Part shown: piece after piece, positions 18,796 through 28,264 of the stretch | Position numbering within the stretch: the first letter of the stretch is position 1 | Layout of the letters: the number at the start of each line of letters is the position of its first letter | Virus record (IMG/VR): IMGVR_UViG_3300020156_000023 | Location: 36,411 to 100,410 of that record | DNA: 64,000 bases | Strand: one strand, 5' to 3' | DNA from: a virus | Notes under the pieces: model-generated | Seen by the model: the letters and a program-made list of their open reading frames with translations, nothing else | What the model was told of the DNA's origin: nothing | Databases searched by the model: none | Position numbers and translations under genes: made by a program

Positions 18796-21700
18796 GGTTT
18801 GAAATTTCCTGTTAGTACCCATTCATCTTCAGCTCTTTTGTAGAGAGCTACTACATCCCATTGGTTACTTATCCTGTAGAAACCACTTGCTTGCTTTAAT
18901 GAAACTCCTCCTTCACCAACTATCTCTATTTCTCCTTCTCCTACTCTTGTAACAAGTAATTGTGTTCCAACAGGGAAGTTTACACTAGCATCTTCTGGTA
19001 CAGTTACTATTGTATCAAGAGCAGACTCTATCTCTAATACTCTCCCTTCATCTCCTGCAATGAAAGTATAACTATCAGTTTTAAGGTGAGGATTAAGATT
19101 AGAAGAATTTACAGCATTATCTACATATTCCTTATCTACTAAGGACCTGTCTGTATAAGAGGCTGAATAATCTTCAACATATCTAATACCACCTGTTTTT
19201 ATCTCATTAAAATCCTGCACAGTTATACCGCCTGGTACAGTTCCCATTGCTATTTGTATATCACCAGAAGTAATTGCAATATCTCCGCTTCCACCATTAA
19301 TAGATATTCCTTGCACTCCACCATCTATTGTTACTCCTTTAGAATAACCTGCAATAGTAATTCCTACCCCTGCATCTCCCCATATTGCTCCATTACTTCC
19401 ATTAGTTATATTAAAACCAAAACCCGCAGTATCTATATTAAAAGGAGATGTAATAGTAGCTTCACTACCATTATCTAATACATCTTGTAAATCTTGACTT
19501 GAAGAAGAAATTGTATTGTCTACATATTCTTTATCAACAAGAGACCTATTAGTAAAATTAGCAGAATAATTATCCTGATAACCTGCAATAGTATGGAATG
19601 TTACAGACTGTTCAGTTGTTTCTCCATACAGGTTCATTCCTGCACTGATGTACATATCAGTCTCCCCTGTTATTGTAATACCTGTTGTACCCCCATTAAT
19701 ACTAATACCCCCTGCCTCTCCTGCTAAAGAAACACCAGTAGATGACAGTGATATTGAACCTTTTACATCTGTGTTATTTGCTGATGCAATAACTACAGAT
19801 GTAACTACTCCTGTAGCTATACTACCATTTGTTAGTACACCTTGTAAATCCTGTCCTGCAGAGCTTATAGCATTACTAACCCATTCTTTTGTTGTAACAG
19901 CTTTACCATCTGCACCATCTATTAATGTATTAGTTACACTTGGAAGCCTTAATAGACCATTCTTTAATAATGTAAAAGCATCACTCTTATTAGTACTGTC
20001 TGTTCCATTACCATAATTTACAAGTCTATCTGTTCCTACTACTTCCGTAGTACTTGCTGCTGTATATATAGTCCCCCAAGCTCCACCTGCATGTTCAGCG
20101 TAAGACATTGCTTCATTACCTTGCCCTTGTGCATGAGAAGCTACTCCATGTGCTTCTGTATTTGCACCCTCAGTATGAGAATACATACCAATTGCATCTG
20201 TGTGTTCTCCTTCTGCATGTGACCAATCTCCTGTAGCTGTATTCTGTTGTCCTTCAACGTGAGCACAATTTCCTGAAGCTATGTTATTAGTTCCTTCAGC
20301 ATGTGAAGATACTCCTGATGCTATTGTATTAAATCCTTCTGCATGTGATTGCATCCCTTCTGCTCTCGTAGTATTTCCTTCTGAGTGTGAGTAGTTTCCA
20401 ATAGCTTTAGTTAAATATCCTTCTGCATGAGTAGCTATTCCTGTAGATTCAGTACTAAACCCTTCAGCATGAGATTGTGCTCCAGAAGCTAATGTGAATT
20501 GACCTTGTGCATGTGACTCTTTACCTGTTGCTCTTGTATTTGTACCTTCTGCATAAGAAGATTCCCCCATAGCACCCATAGCTAAGATTCCTTCAGCTAC
20601 AGTGCTATTACTTAAATCTGTAGCATTTAATCCTATATTACCATATTTAGTTGCATCTCTACCTTTGAATCTCCAACCTATACCATTACCTTCATTAATA
20701 GCTATTAGTCCTGATATAGCACTATATACTCCTCCTGAAGTAACAAGGTTTGTACTTCCTTCTATTGGAAGTGAATCAATAGGATAATCCCAAGACATAC
20801 CTGTAACTCCAGCTTTTTGGTGTAAACCAACAAACCAGAAATTACCATTAAGATGTGCTAAAGCTTTATTTGATACCCTGAAACTACCTGACCTAGACAA
20901 GGAGAAATCCATCTCATCAGATGCAGTCATTACTTGATTCCCACTTGAATCAAGGAACTTAATAAATACTTGGGTGGCTGTTTGTGAAACAACTACAGGT
21001 GTTAATGTGCTTCCATTTCTAGGTTTAACATCAATAAAATCATTTCCACTTTGAAAAGGATAAGCACTCGCTGTTATTCTTAGTTCTCCCGTAGTGGTAT
21101 TGAATAAGAAAGCAAAGTCATCAGGCCTAACTACATCACCCGCTACAACAGACCATGCACCTGCATTTCTCTCTACAGCAATAGCCATTCCTGTTTTACC
21201 TACTCTGAAAGTAGCCTGAGTTTGATTTATTGAAGCTCCTATTGCGCTTAGTCCATATAAGGCATAATCCTCATCTGGAGTAAAGTTCATAGAACCTACA
21301 GCATCTACCATATCATAATTAACTCTTCCTTCATAAGAAGCAGGTGTTGTTATACTTACTACATTAATAGGTTGATGTATTACAGCTCCACTGCTATTCT
21401 CTACAATTACCCACTCATAAACTCCAGGTGTAGTTTCCTGACATCTTACAGTTCCTGCTATTGGGAATATATTAGTTTGTGCAAAAGGTAAATCTGCTAT
21501 AGTTTCACTTACATATTCTTCTGTAGCAAAAGGACTTGTACCATCTCCATCATTATTTAATAGAGATGTATTTATATTTCCTCCTTGTGTAATTACTTCT
21601 TCGAAATTGGGTATAAGTATTACAGGATTAGTAGGGTCAGTATTATCTACTAAATCCCCAGTTACAGATAAAACTGCTCCTATAGACAGGTTATCCAGGT

Positions 21701-21854
21701 TTTCTATTTGTTGTAAGGTTAAGTGATAGAACTCATTAAGCTCTTCACTACCACCCTGCTTTTCAGAGGTACTGTTATGTTTAAGTGCACTAGGTTCTGC
21801 CATAAGGCATTTAACCTGTTTCATTAACCATTGTACTTGTTGATATAATTCCAT
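18792..21854 (-). CDS. Tail fibre/adhesin with YadA-head-like 14-aa repeats
   Basis: About 11-12 tandem SHAEG..T.A.G repeats; duplicated QDLQ.VL.NGS and RSLVDKEYVDN modules. Confidence 0.75.
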   Translation of the reverse strand: MELYQQVQWLMKQVKCLMAEPSALKHNSTSEKQGGSEELNEFYHLTLQQIENLDNLSIGAVLSVTGDLVDNTDPTNPVILIPNFEEVITQGGNINTSLLNNDGDGTSPFATEEYVSETIADLPFAQTNIFPIAGTVRCQETTPGVYEWVIVENSSGAVIHQPINVVSITTPASYEGRVNYDMVDAVGSMNFTPDEDYALYGLSAIGASINQTQATFRVGKTGMAIAVERNAGAWSVVAGDVVRPDDFAFLFNTTTGELRITASAYPFQSGNDFIDVKPRNGSTLTPVVVSQTATQVFIKFLDSSGNQVMTASDEMDFSLSRSGSFRVSNKALAHLNGNFWFVGLHQKAGVTGMSWDYPIDSLPIEGSTNLVTSGGVYSAISGLIAINEGNGIGWRFKGRDATKYGNIGLNATDLSNSTVAEGILAMGAMGESSYAEGTNTRATGKESHAQGQFTLASGAQSHAEGFSTESTGIATHAEGYLTKAIGNYSHSEGNTTRAEGMQSHAEGFNTIASGVSSHAEGTNNIASGNCAHVEGQQNTATGDWSHAEGEHTDAIGMYSHTEGANTEAHGVASHAQGQGNEAMSYAEHAGGAWGTIYTAASTTEVVGTDRLVNYGNGTDSTNKSDAFTLLKNGLLRLPSVTNTLIDGADGKAVTTKEWVSNAISSAGQDLQGVLTNGSIATGVVTSVVIASANNTDVKGSISLSSTGVSLAGEAGGISINGGTTGITITGETDMYISAGMNLYGETTEQSVTFHTIAGYQDNYSANFTNRSLVDKEYVDNTISSSSQDLQDVLDNGSEATITSPFNIDTAGFGFNITNGSNGAIWGDAGVGITIAGYSKGVTIDGGVQGISINGGSGDIAITSGDIQIAMGTVPGGITVQDFNEIKTGGIRYVEDYSASYTDRSLVDKEYVDNAVNSSNLNPHLKTDSYTFIAGDEGRVLEIESALDTIVTVPEDASVNFPVGTQLLVTRVGEGEIEIVGEGGVSLKQASGFYRISNQWDVVALYKRAEDEWVLTGNFKP

Positions 21855-21882
21855 TTATTATGTATATAAAGTTATTGTTTAT

Positions 21883-22635
21883 TTAACAAGCTTCCTCTTG
21901 TATTGTTTGGTATAATTCTTTCAATTCCTCGAAGTCTATTCCAAACTTTCTCATACATCTTTTAATCTCACAGATATCATATAAGTCATCTATATACTGC
22001 TCTTCAGATTCATCTGAAGCAGAAAAGAACTGTTCAAAATAAAAACCTAAGTAGTATATACTTACAAATTTACTAAACAATTCTAAACTTCCTGTAAACC
22101 TTCCGAAGAAATCTGTGCTATTAACTTGTATACAAAGCTCTTTTTGTATATCACAACTATATAAGTTGGCAGCTCTGTAAATAAAATTAGCTCTCTTACA
22201 GTTCTGACATTGCTCATCTGGGCCTTCATATCCCTTAAGTAAATGATACGTTATCACTTCATTAAAGATATTCTGATATTGTGATAAGTTTTCTACTCTA
22301 GCCTGGGTTACTGAATTACCACATTCTACACAGTTATCTCCACATAAGAATGCTTTGACATCACTTACAATCCTAGTTTCTAATTTAGGGAAATAGTTAA
22401 TAGTAAAAGTATCTGTAGGAGTACCTGTACCAGGTACATTAACTACATATATCCCATCTATAGTAAGAGCTAATAGTTTTTCTTCACTTGCAAGTAAAGT
22501 ATCTACTACAGGGCTTGGACTATTAGTTTCACAAGTACAACAGTTACCTGCTAATTGTATAGAATATGTAGAACTTGTAACACCAGTGTTTTCTAGGTAA
22601 TATTCATTTTTATATTTTCTTAATAAGAATGCCAT
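21883..22635 (-). CDS. Cys-rich structural protein (tail hub-like)
   Basis: 250 aa, Cys clusters; lies between the capsid-accessory and fibre genes. Confidence 0.45.
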   Translation of the reverse strand: MAFLLRKYKNEYYLENTGVTSSTYSIQLAGNCCTCETNSPSPVVDTLLASEEKLLALTIDGIYVVNVPGTGTPTDTFTINYFPKLETRIVSDVKAFLCGDNCVECGNSVTQARVENLSQYQNIFNEVITYHLLKGYEGPDEQCQNCKRANFIYRAANLYSCDIQKELCIQVNSTDFFGRFTGSLELFSKFVSIYYLGFYFEQFFSASDESEEQYIDDLYDICEIKRCMRKFGIDFEELKELYQTIQEEAC

Positions 22636-22654
22636 TTCTTAATTTATATTAAAT

Positions 22655-22680
22655 AAAAAGGGGAGCTTGTTGCTCCCCTT
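22655..22680 (-). terminator. Intrinsic terminator
   Basis: AAGGGGAGC-ttgtt-GCTCCCCTT with a U-tract on the minus strand. Confidence 0.75.
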
Positions 22681-22690
22681 CCTATGGTTA

Positions 22691-23920
22691 TTAAGCTATA
22701 CCATCTGTAGCAACAGTCTTGTCCTCTGTTGGTTCTGATACAGTAGGGTCCACATTTGCAGCAGCAGCATCATCTGTCAGTGCATCAAACCCTAAAGGTG
22801 TTGCAATAGCATCTAAGATACCTATTACTGCAGCCCTTGTTACCGTGTCAGTAGCAGGGATAGCTATTATACTAGCCTCGTTGTTTTCATATTCAAGCCA
22901 TGCTCCTATAGACTTTTGGTCATATGCAAGAGCAATTTGGTCATACTTAACTGTAGGGATAGCATTAAAGTGTCTGTCATAAGCTACACCATTTAGTGTA
23001 GATAGCCTATAAGGACTGTCTTTCCATCCTAAAGCAAAGTATTCTTTTTGCTTAATATCATTTCCATTACCTTCTTCATAGGCAACCTCCTGAACTGTTA
23101 TAACTTCTCCATTACACTTGAAGCCTGCAATCTTAGTTGCAATAACTACAGTTTCTCTTGGATAGAAGTAATTCAGGTTTACTGAACCAGTGAAAGCTCT
23201 AAGCTTCTGTGGTTGAGTTTCAAGTTGTAAGTCAGTGTAAAGATAATCAGCTGTGTCAGTCTGAGTTGCGTTATAAGCCATTATAGCATCTAAGTCAGCA
23301 TCAGATACTGTATCTCCTGTATCTAAGTCACCAGATAATCCTGTTACTGTAGCAGCCAGGATAGGCTGTCTTGCTATAGCTCTTGCTACAACTAATCCAT
23401 CAGAGTCATTGTTAATCTCTAATTTAAGAAGTTTAGTTATCTCATTAGCATCACCTGATGGGCATGTAGGTGTACATCCCTCACAGCATGAAGTTTTAAT
23501 AGCGTAAGTCTTCCAGAATTGATTATAACCTTGAGTCCTGTAGATTTCCTGGTTCCTAAGTTCAAGTTTAACTCCATATACAGTTTCACAATCTGCAGTA
23601 TAATTTGCAATGTTAACTATCATATTTTGTCCTGGAGTATGTGGTCTGTAGGTATAGTAAGCTATACCTTTCTTTTGGATATGGCTACCTGCTGATTTTT
23701 GTATTTCATCAGTAATAGTATCTCCATCAGCATCCACTCCAACAGCTACATAGAAGTTTCTCTTAGTACCAGCAGTAGCAGCTACGAAAGAAAGGTTAGT
23801 TTCATAGTCAAAGAAACCTATCTGACCTGGAGCTAAAGCTGTAACTTTACCACCTGCTGGAAGCACTGCCTGATTCCCACTTGTTACCAATACTTGAAAC
23901 ACGTCATTGTTTCTACTCAT
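22691..23920 (-). CDS. Auxiliary capsid/structural protein
   Basis: 409 aa; EG.G.DI...E..A.G motif; conserved position downstream of the capsid genes. Confidence 0.6.
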   Translation of the reverse strand: MSRNNDVFQVLVTSGNQAVLPAGGKVTALAPGQIGFFDYETNLSFVAATAGTKRNFYVAVGVDADGDTITDEIQKSAGSHIQKKGIAYYTYRPHTPGQNMIVNIANYTADCETVYGVKLELRNQEIYRTQGYNQFWKTYAIKTSCCEGCTPTCPSGDANEITKLLKLEINNDSDGLVVARAIARQPILAATVTGLSGDLDTGDTVSDADLDAIMAYNATQTDTADYLYTDLQLETQPQKLRAFTGSVNLNYFYPRETVVIATKIAGFKCNGEVITVQEVAYEEGNGNDIKQKEYFALGWKDSPYRLSTLNGVAYDRHFNAIPTVKYDQIALAYDQKSIGAWLEYENNEASIIAIPATDTVTRAAVIGILDAIATPLGFDALTDDAAAANVDPTVSEPTEDKTVATDGIA

Positions 23921-23931
23921 AATTTTTAATT

Positions 23932-24651
23932 TTAATTAAATTGATTTAAATTCAGTTTTGCTTGTTTAATCTGGTAATCTGGAATTTGCAAATCACCAGT
24001 AGTTATAAGAACAGCTATATCTACAATTTCTCTATGCGTGTGTTCTGGAAGTTCGCAATCCTGACTACCTGTTAATACTACACCATCTGGTAAAGTATAT
24101 GAACCTGTAGGAAGAAAGTCTTGAGCATTGTGCATATAAGCATGTTTCCTAATATAATTTAAAGTTAGCTCAGTTACAGCAAATGTACCATCAGTAAAAA
24201 TCTTGATTCCTTTATCATAGAACCTGATATTAACCTCTCTCCATTCAAAAGAAGACTTTGTAAAAGAGTCTTCCTCATGTTCATCATCATGTTGATAAGT
24301 ATAGCATCTTGCTATTCTATCTCCACAACCTTCTTTAGACATCTTAACTTTTGCTGATAGATAGAACATATAGTTCTCTGGTAAGCTTATGTAATACTCC
24401 GTGTCATTAATTTGAGCTGGAGTAAGTACAACATCATCTACTACTATAGTTCTTAAATCATCTATACTTCTTTGATTTATCTCGAAACCTAAATGATTAT
24501 TAACTCTGGGCTCTGCTATAGACTTAACAAAAATCTCATAAGCCTCATTGATTTTCCAATCTATTTCAGGAACTCTTAGATTCCTGTATTGTTGAGAATC
24601 AATCTTGTTGAGTTTCTGCTTTAGGTCATAGTGCATTCCCCTTATATTCAT
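23932..24651 (-). CDS. Ring/head-tail connector protein
   Basis: PEIDW.IN.A, QRSIDDLR, CELPEHTHREIVDIAV motifs. Confidence 0.7.
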   Translation of the reverse strand: MNIRGMHYDLKQKLNKIDSQQYRNLRVPEIDWKINEAYEIFVKSIAEPRVNNHLGFEINQRSIDDLRTIVVDDVVLTPAQINDTEYYISLPENYMFYLSAKVKMSKEGCGDRIARCYTYQHDDEHEEDSFTKSSFEWREVNIRFYDKGIKIFTDGTFAVTELTLNYIRKHAYMHNAQDFLPTGSYTLPDGVVLTGSQDCELPEHTHREIVDIAVLITTGDLQIPDYQIKQAKLNLNQFN

Positions 24652-24657
24652 AATCTA

Positions 24658-25449
24658 TTAGTTTATTTTTTCTAATATTTGAGCCTTCATACTCTGATTC
24701 TTAGGGTCTGAGAAATAATCTACAGCACTTTCTATATCATAACCTAACTGGTCATCCATGTAGTATATTGCAGTTCCATCTTTTCTTAGTACACCTTTAT
24801 GTATTCCTTCAAGTACCATTGCATGTACAGCAGTTCTACCTTTATCTCTATTCATTAAGTTAAGTACTTTCTCAGCACCATGCTTATCAATAGCTTCATC
24901 TAACTTAAGGTCTACATAGTCCTCAGATTGATTTCTTACAGAAATACCTTCAAGAATCTGAACAAGTTCAGCTTTTCTTGCTTTTGTAAGTTTGGTAGAT
25001 TCTATAACTACCTTCCTCTTCATAGCTGCTTTTGAAGCTTTGATTTCTACCTCTTCCTGTTCATCAAATATTACGAACAGAGCTTCAGGATACTTTCCTT
25101 CTTCATACTCTTTCATAGAGTTAGCTACAAGGTCATTAGCTTTAAGCATTTTAACCTTAATTTCATTAACTGGTATTGAAGTGTCAAAGATATTATTACC
25201 ATGATTCAACTTCACTCTTCCTTCACCTAAGTGATAGAATGGATGTGGTTTTCCTTTTGTATAATCAGGACTTAGGTCATATCCATGAGCCTCTAATCTT
25301 ACCCTGTCTTCATCAGACAATCCAGTTGCTAATTTACCTGTTCTTAAACTTACAGGTGCTTCAATTGTAACAGGTCTCGCAAATGCTTCTTTACCTGTTT
25401 TCTTGTGCCATCTTACTTTTTCAATGGGTCTTACTTCTACTATTGCCAT
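24658..25449 (-). CDS. Conserved crAss-like protein downstream of the major capsid gene
   Basis: 263 aa; synteny. Confidence 0.55.
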   Translation of the reverse strand: MAIVEVRPIEKVRWHKKTGKEAFARPVTIEAPVSLRTGKLATGLSDEDRVRLEAHGYDLSPDYTKGKPHPFYHLGEGRVKLNHGNNIFDTSIPVNEIKVKMLKANDLVANSMKEYEEGKYPEALFVIFDEQEEVEIKASKAAMKRKVVIESTKLTKARKAELVQILEGISVRNQSEDYVDLKLDEAIDKHGAEKVLNLMNRDKGRTAVHAMVLEGIHKGVLRKDGTAIYYMDDQLGYDIESAVDYFSDPKNQSMKAQILEKIN

Positions 25450-25488
25450 CTTCTTTTTGTTTTAGTTAAACATTATATTTCAATGTGG

Positions 25489-25496
25489 CAAAGATA
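25489..25496 (-). promoter_or_regulatory. Bacteroidetes-type -7 element (TATCTTTG)
   Basis: Intergenic TAnnTTTG upstream of 25449. Confidence 0.5.
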
Positions 25497-25554
25497 TAAA
25501 AAATTTTTAAATCTCCACCACATCTACTCTATAAGTTATAGAAAAATATTAGTC

Positions 25555-27021
25555 TTACAGACCAACATTTCTTTTTAATATAAGTTCACCACATTTAGTG
25601 ATATCCTCAATATGTACCCCAGTAATCTTAGATACGTGCATTGAGTAGTATTCACCTGCGTGAGACATTAAACCACCTTTAGATGGTCCATAAGGATTGA
25701 TAAGTCCAGCTACATAACCAAACTTGTATCCATTTCTCTTAGTAACTAACTGTACGTTAGAATTACCATTCTCTCCTGAGAAGTCAAGGAAGGTAAACCT
25801 CATTGATTCTACAGGATATCCTGTTATAGGGTCAATCTCAAAGTTAATGCTTCTGTCATCATATAATGGATTGTGAACTACTTCAAGTTCTGCACCATTA
25901 TGCATGATATACTTGGTAAATTGATAACCAATTGCATAAGCATTAGAGTTGTAAGGAGATTTGTCAGGTTTAATTGGAGAGAAGTTAGAGTTAGCAATGA
26001 ACCAACCTCTTTTCTCCATAAGGTCCTGCATAGCTCTGTTGAACAGAAGCATACCATATTCTCCAGTGAACACTTTAATTTTTCTACCTGCACCTGGCTT
26101 AACTCTTGAATAGAATATATCTAATAAGAACTCTTCAATAAGAGTTGCTGTAAGCTCAGAGTAGTAGTGTAAGTGAGAATCCTCAAGTTTCTCTTGTATA
26201 CCTGAGAAGGTATCTACTGGTCTTGCAGTTGCATTTTCAATAGACCTTGCTCTTCTGTTATACCAATAAGCTCTTTCAAGCTCTCTGTACCATTGTCTCC
26301 AGTATTCTACTTCAGCATAAGGTATCCATGTATCATGACTTGCACCTTTTGAATCTTGTAGTTTAACAGCTAATACCTCTTCAGCAGCATAATCAGTTAC
26401 CTGATATTTCTTTCTGAATTTACCCATTGAATCTTCAAGGGTTAAAGGAGCTGCGTACTGAGTTGAACCATCTTGGTTATCTGCCTCACCATAAGTAGAG
26501 TAAAGCTTAGCCCATTGTTGACCTGGTTGTAAGTAAGCAGGTGGTACGAATGCTTGGAAATCATCTGATACAAGCCTTACTGTGTACACCCAACCATTAC
26601 CATGTCTTTGAACCTCATCCATAACCCTACACTGATACTTCTGTCCAGAAGTACCTGGAGTAATTACATCCCCTGGTACATACCAATTCTCATCAAGTTT
26701 AACCTTGAAAGTAGTTCTTCCTTGTCCTGGAGTAGTATTAGTACTTGGCTCAACATTCTCAATAACTACAAGAGGCCTTGTGTCTGCACCTTTCATAGAC
26801 CATTCCCATGCCATAGTACCTATTGTTCTCTCAGCACCTGTAGCCCAAGATATAGATGATAGCGGGTTGTCTGAGTAATAGTTCTGAGCAGAGAATAGTT
26901 GATTCATCTTGTCCTCAAACACTGTAGGCTTAGCATTAAGCATAGCTCCCAAGTGATTAAGTTCAGTCATGTTAGCATGCCAAGGCATTTGTTTTGTTTT
27001 TAACTTTCCTAATGTTGCCAT
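25555..27021 (-). CDS. Major capsid protein
   Basis: 488 aa; FTGEYG..LF, GYQF..Y, VHNPLYDD, P.TGYP.ES.R motifs; follows portal and scaffold. Confidence 0.85.
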   Translation of the reverse strand: MATLGKLKTKQMPWHANMTELNHLGAMLNAKPTVFEDKMNQLFSAQNYYSDNPLSSISWATGAERTIGTMAWEWSMKGADTRPLVVIENVEPSTNTTPGQGRTTFKVKLDENWYVPGDVITPGTSGQKYQCRVMDEVQRHGNGWVYTVRLVSDDFQAFVPPAYLQPGQQWAKLYSTYGEADNQDGSTQYAAPLTLEDSMGKFRKKYQVTDYAAEEVLAVKLQDSKGASHDTWIPYAEVEYWRQWYRELERAYWYNRRARSIENATARPVDTFSGIQEKLEDSHLHYYSELTATLIEEFLLDIFYSRVKPGAGRKIKVFTGEYGMLLFNRAMQDLMEKRGWFIANSNFSPIKPDKSPYNSNAYAIGYQFTKYIMHNGAELEVVHNPLYDDRSINFEIDPITGYPVESMRFTFLDFSGENGNSNVQLVTKRNGYKFGYVAGLINPYGPSKGGLMSHAGEYYSMHVSKITGVHIEDITKCGELILKRNVGL

Positions 27022-27046
27022 AATTTTTTAAAAAATGTTTGTTTTA

Positions 27047-28180
27047 TTAATTGAACAAATCAGCTACACTTACACCTTGTGATGAACTTCCAGAACCACT
27101 TGGTCTTAAGTTTTTTCGCTGTTCTAAATTTGTTTTTACTTGTCTTGTTTGTTTTGTTTTAGTTACTTTTTCTAATCCTGTGAAGTCAAAATCACTTTCA
27201 ATAAGCTTAGCTAATAGTATCATTCTCTCTGAGTCCTGGAATGTTTCAGCAAGTTTCTTCTGGAAACCTGTTATAACTTTATCTTCACCTATCTTCTGGT
27301 CTTTCTTAGTTAGGAAGTTAAATAACTTAGTTTTATCCTGGTCTGTTATCTTAAATCCTTTTACTTCATCAATCTCATCAAGAGTCTCTTTTACAGTTTC
27401 TTTGAACTCATTCTCTTGTTCCTTAGCTGCTCTTTTAGCTGCCTCTTGTTGTTTTAGAATGGCTTCTTTTTGTTTATTAACCTGCTCTTTTACTTTAGTA
27501 TCGTACTTTTCAGCAAATTTCTTTTTCTTACCTGATTCAGTAAGATATTCTATCCTGTCTTCAATTTCATCTTTATCCCAACCTTCCTGAGCTAATTGAT
27601 ACCTGATAAGGCTATCCTGATAATTCTCATCATCTATACTACCCTGAGGTAAGTCAGTAGTTTTAGAATAAGTCTTAAAGAACTCTTCAGTACTACCACC
27701 ATCTCTTTTAAACTTAATGAATGCTTTAGCATCATCATCAAGGTCTTTTGTAGCCCATGCTTTAAGTCTTTCAGTTACTTCAGCCTCGTACTCTTCCTGT
27801 TGTAGTTCAAGTAATCTATCAACATCAATTTCCTCATCTCCTTCAACCTCTACATGTTTGAATAAACCTGTTTCTTTAAGGTCTTTAAACAAGTCAGTAT
27901 AAACACTTGTTTCACCTTTAGGTGTTCCAGGGTCTTCACCTGGGTCTTCTCCCTTACCTTTTCCAGGTGTAATTACCTGGTCAAAGAAATCATCTTCTTC
28001 CTCATCCTCTTCATCTTCTTCACCAGTCTTACCTTTAGGTTTTTCAGGTTCTTCTTCTGAAGGTTCTGGTTTCACAGGTTTAGTCTCTCCTACTGCTGGT
28101 ATTCCGAAGAAATCAGTATCTGAACTTTCCCAATCAAAGTTCAATAAATCATTTTGTTGTTCTTGTGTTTCTTGTGCCAT
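27047..28180 (-). CDS. Capsid scaffolding protein (putative)
   Basis: Acidic low-complexity N-terminus and coiled coil, between portal and capsid; ATG at 28180 preferred over the upstream TTG. Confidence 0.65.
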   Translation of the reverse strand: MAQETQEQQNDLLNFDWESSDTDFFGIPAVGETKPVKPEPSEEEPEKPKGKTGEEDEEDEEEDDFFDQVITPGKGKGEDPGEDPGTPKGETSVYTDLFKDLKETGLFKHVEVEGDEEIDVDRLLELQQEEYEAEVTERLKAWATKDLDDDAKAFIKFKRDGGSTEEFFKTYSKTTDLPQGSIDDENYQDSLIRYQLAQEGWDKDEIEDRIEYLTESGKKKKFAEKYDTKVKEQVNKQKEAILKQQEAAKRAAKEQENEFKETVKETLDEIDEVKGFKITDQDKTKLFNFLTKKDQKIGEDKVITGFQKKLAETFQDSERMILLAKLIESDFDFTGLEKVTKTKQTRQVKTNLEQRKNLRPSGSGSSSQGVSVADLFN

Positions 28181-28192
28181 GATATTTTCTTG

Positions 28193-28200
28193 CAAATTTA
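28193..28200 (-). promoter_or_regulatory. Bacteroidetes-type -7 element (TAAATTTG)
   Basis: TAnnTTTG just upstream of the scaffold ATG, next to an inverted repeat at about 28222-28249. Confidence 0.5.
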
Positions 28201-28264
28201 AGATTAAATATTTAATATTTTAAAGTTTAAAACTTAACTTTTAAACTTTGAAGCTAATAGCTTT

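Noticed and set aside
18792-21854. Diversity-generating retroelement target
   Set aside because: No reverse transcriptase or template repeat in the window; the duplicated modules are in-frame protein repeats
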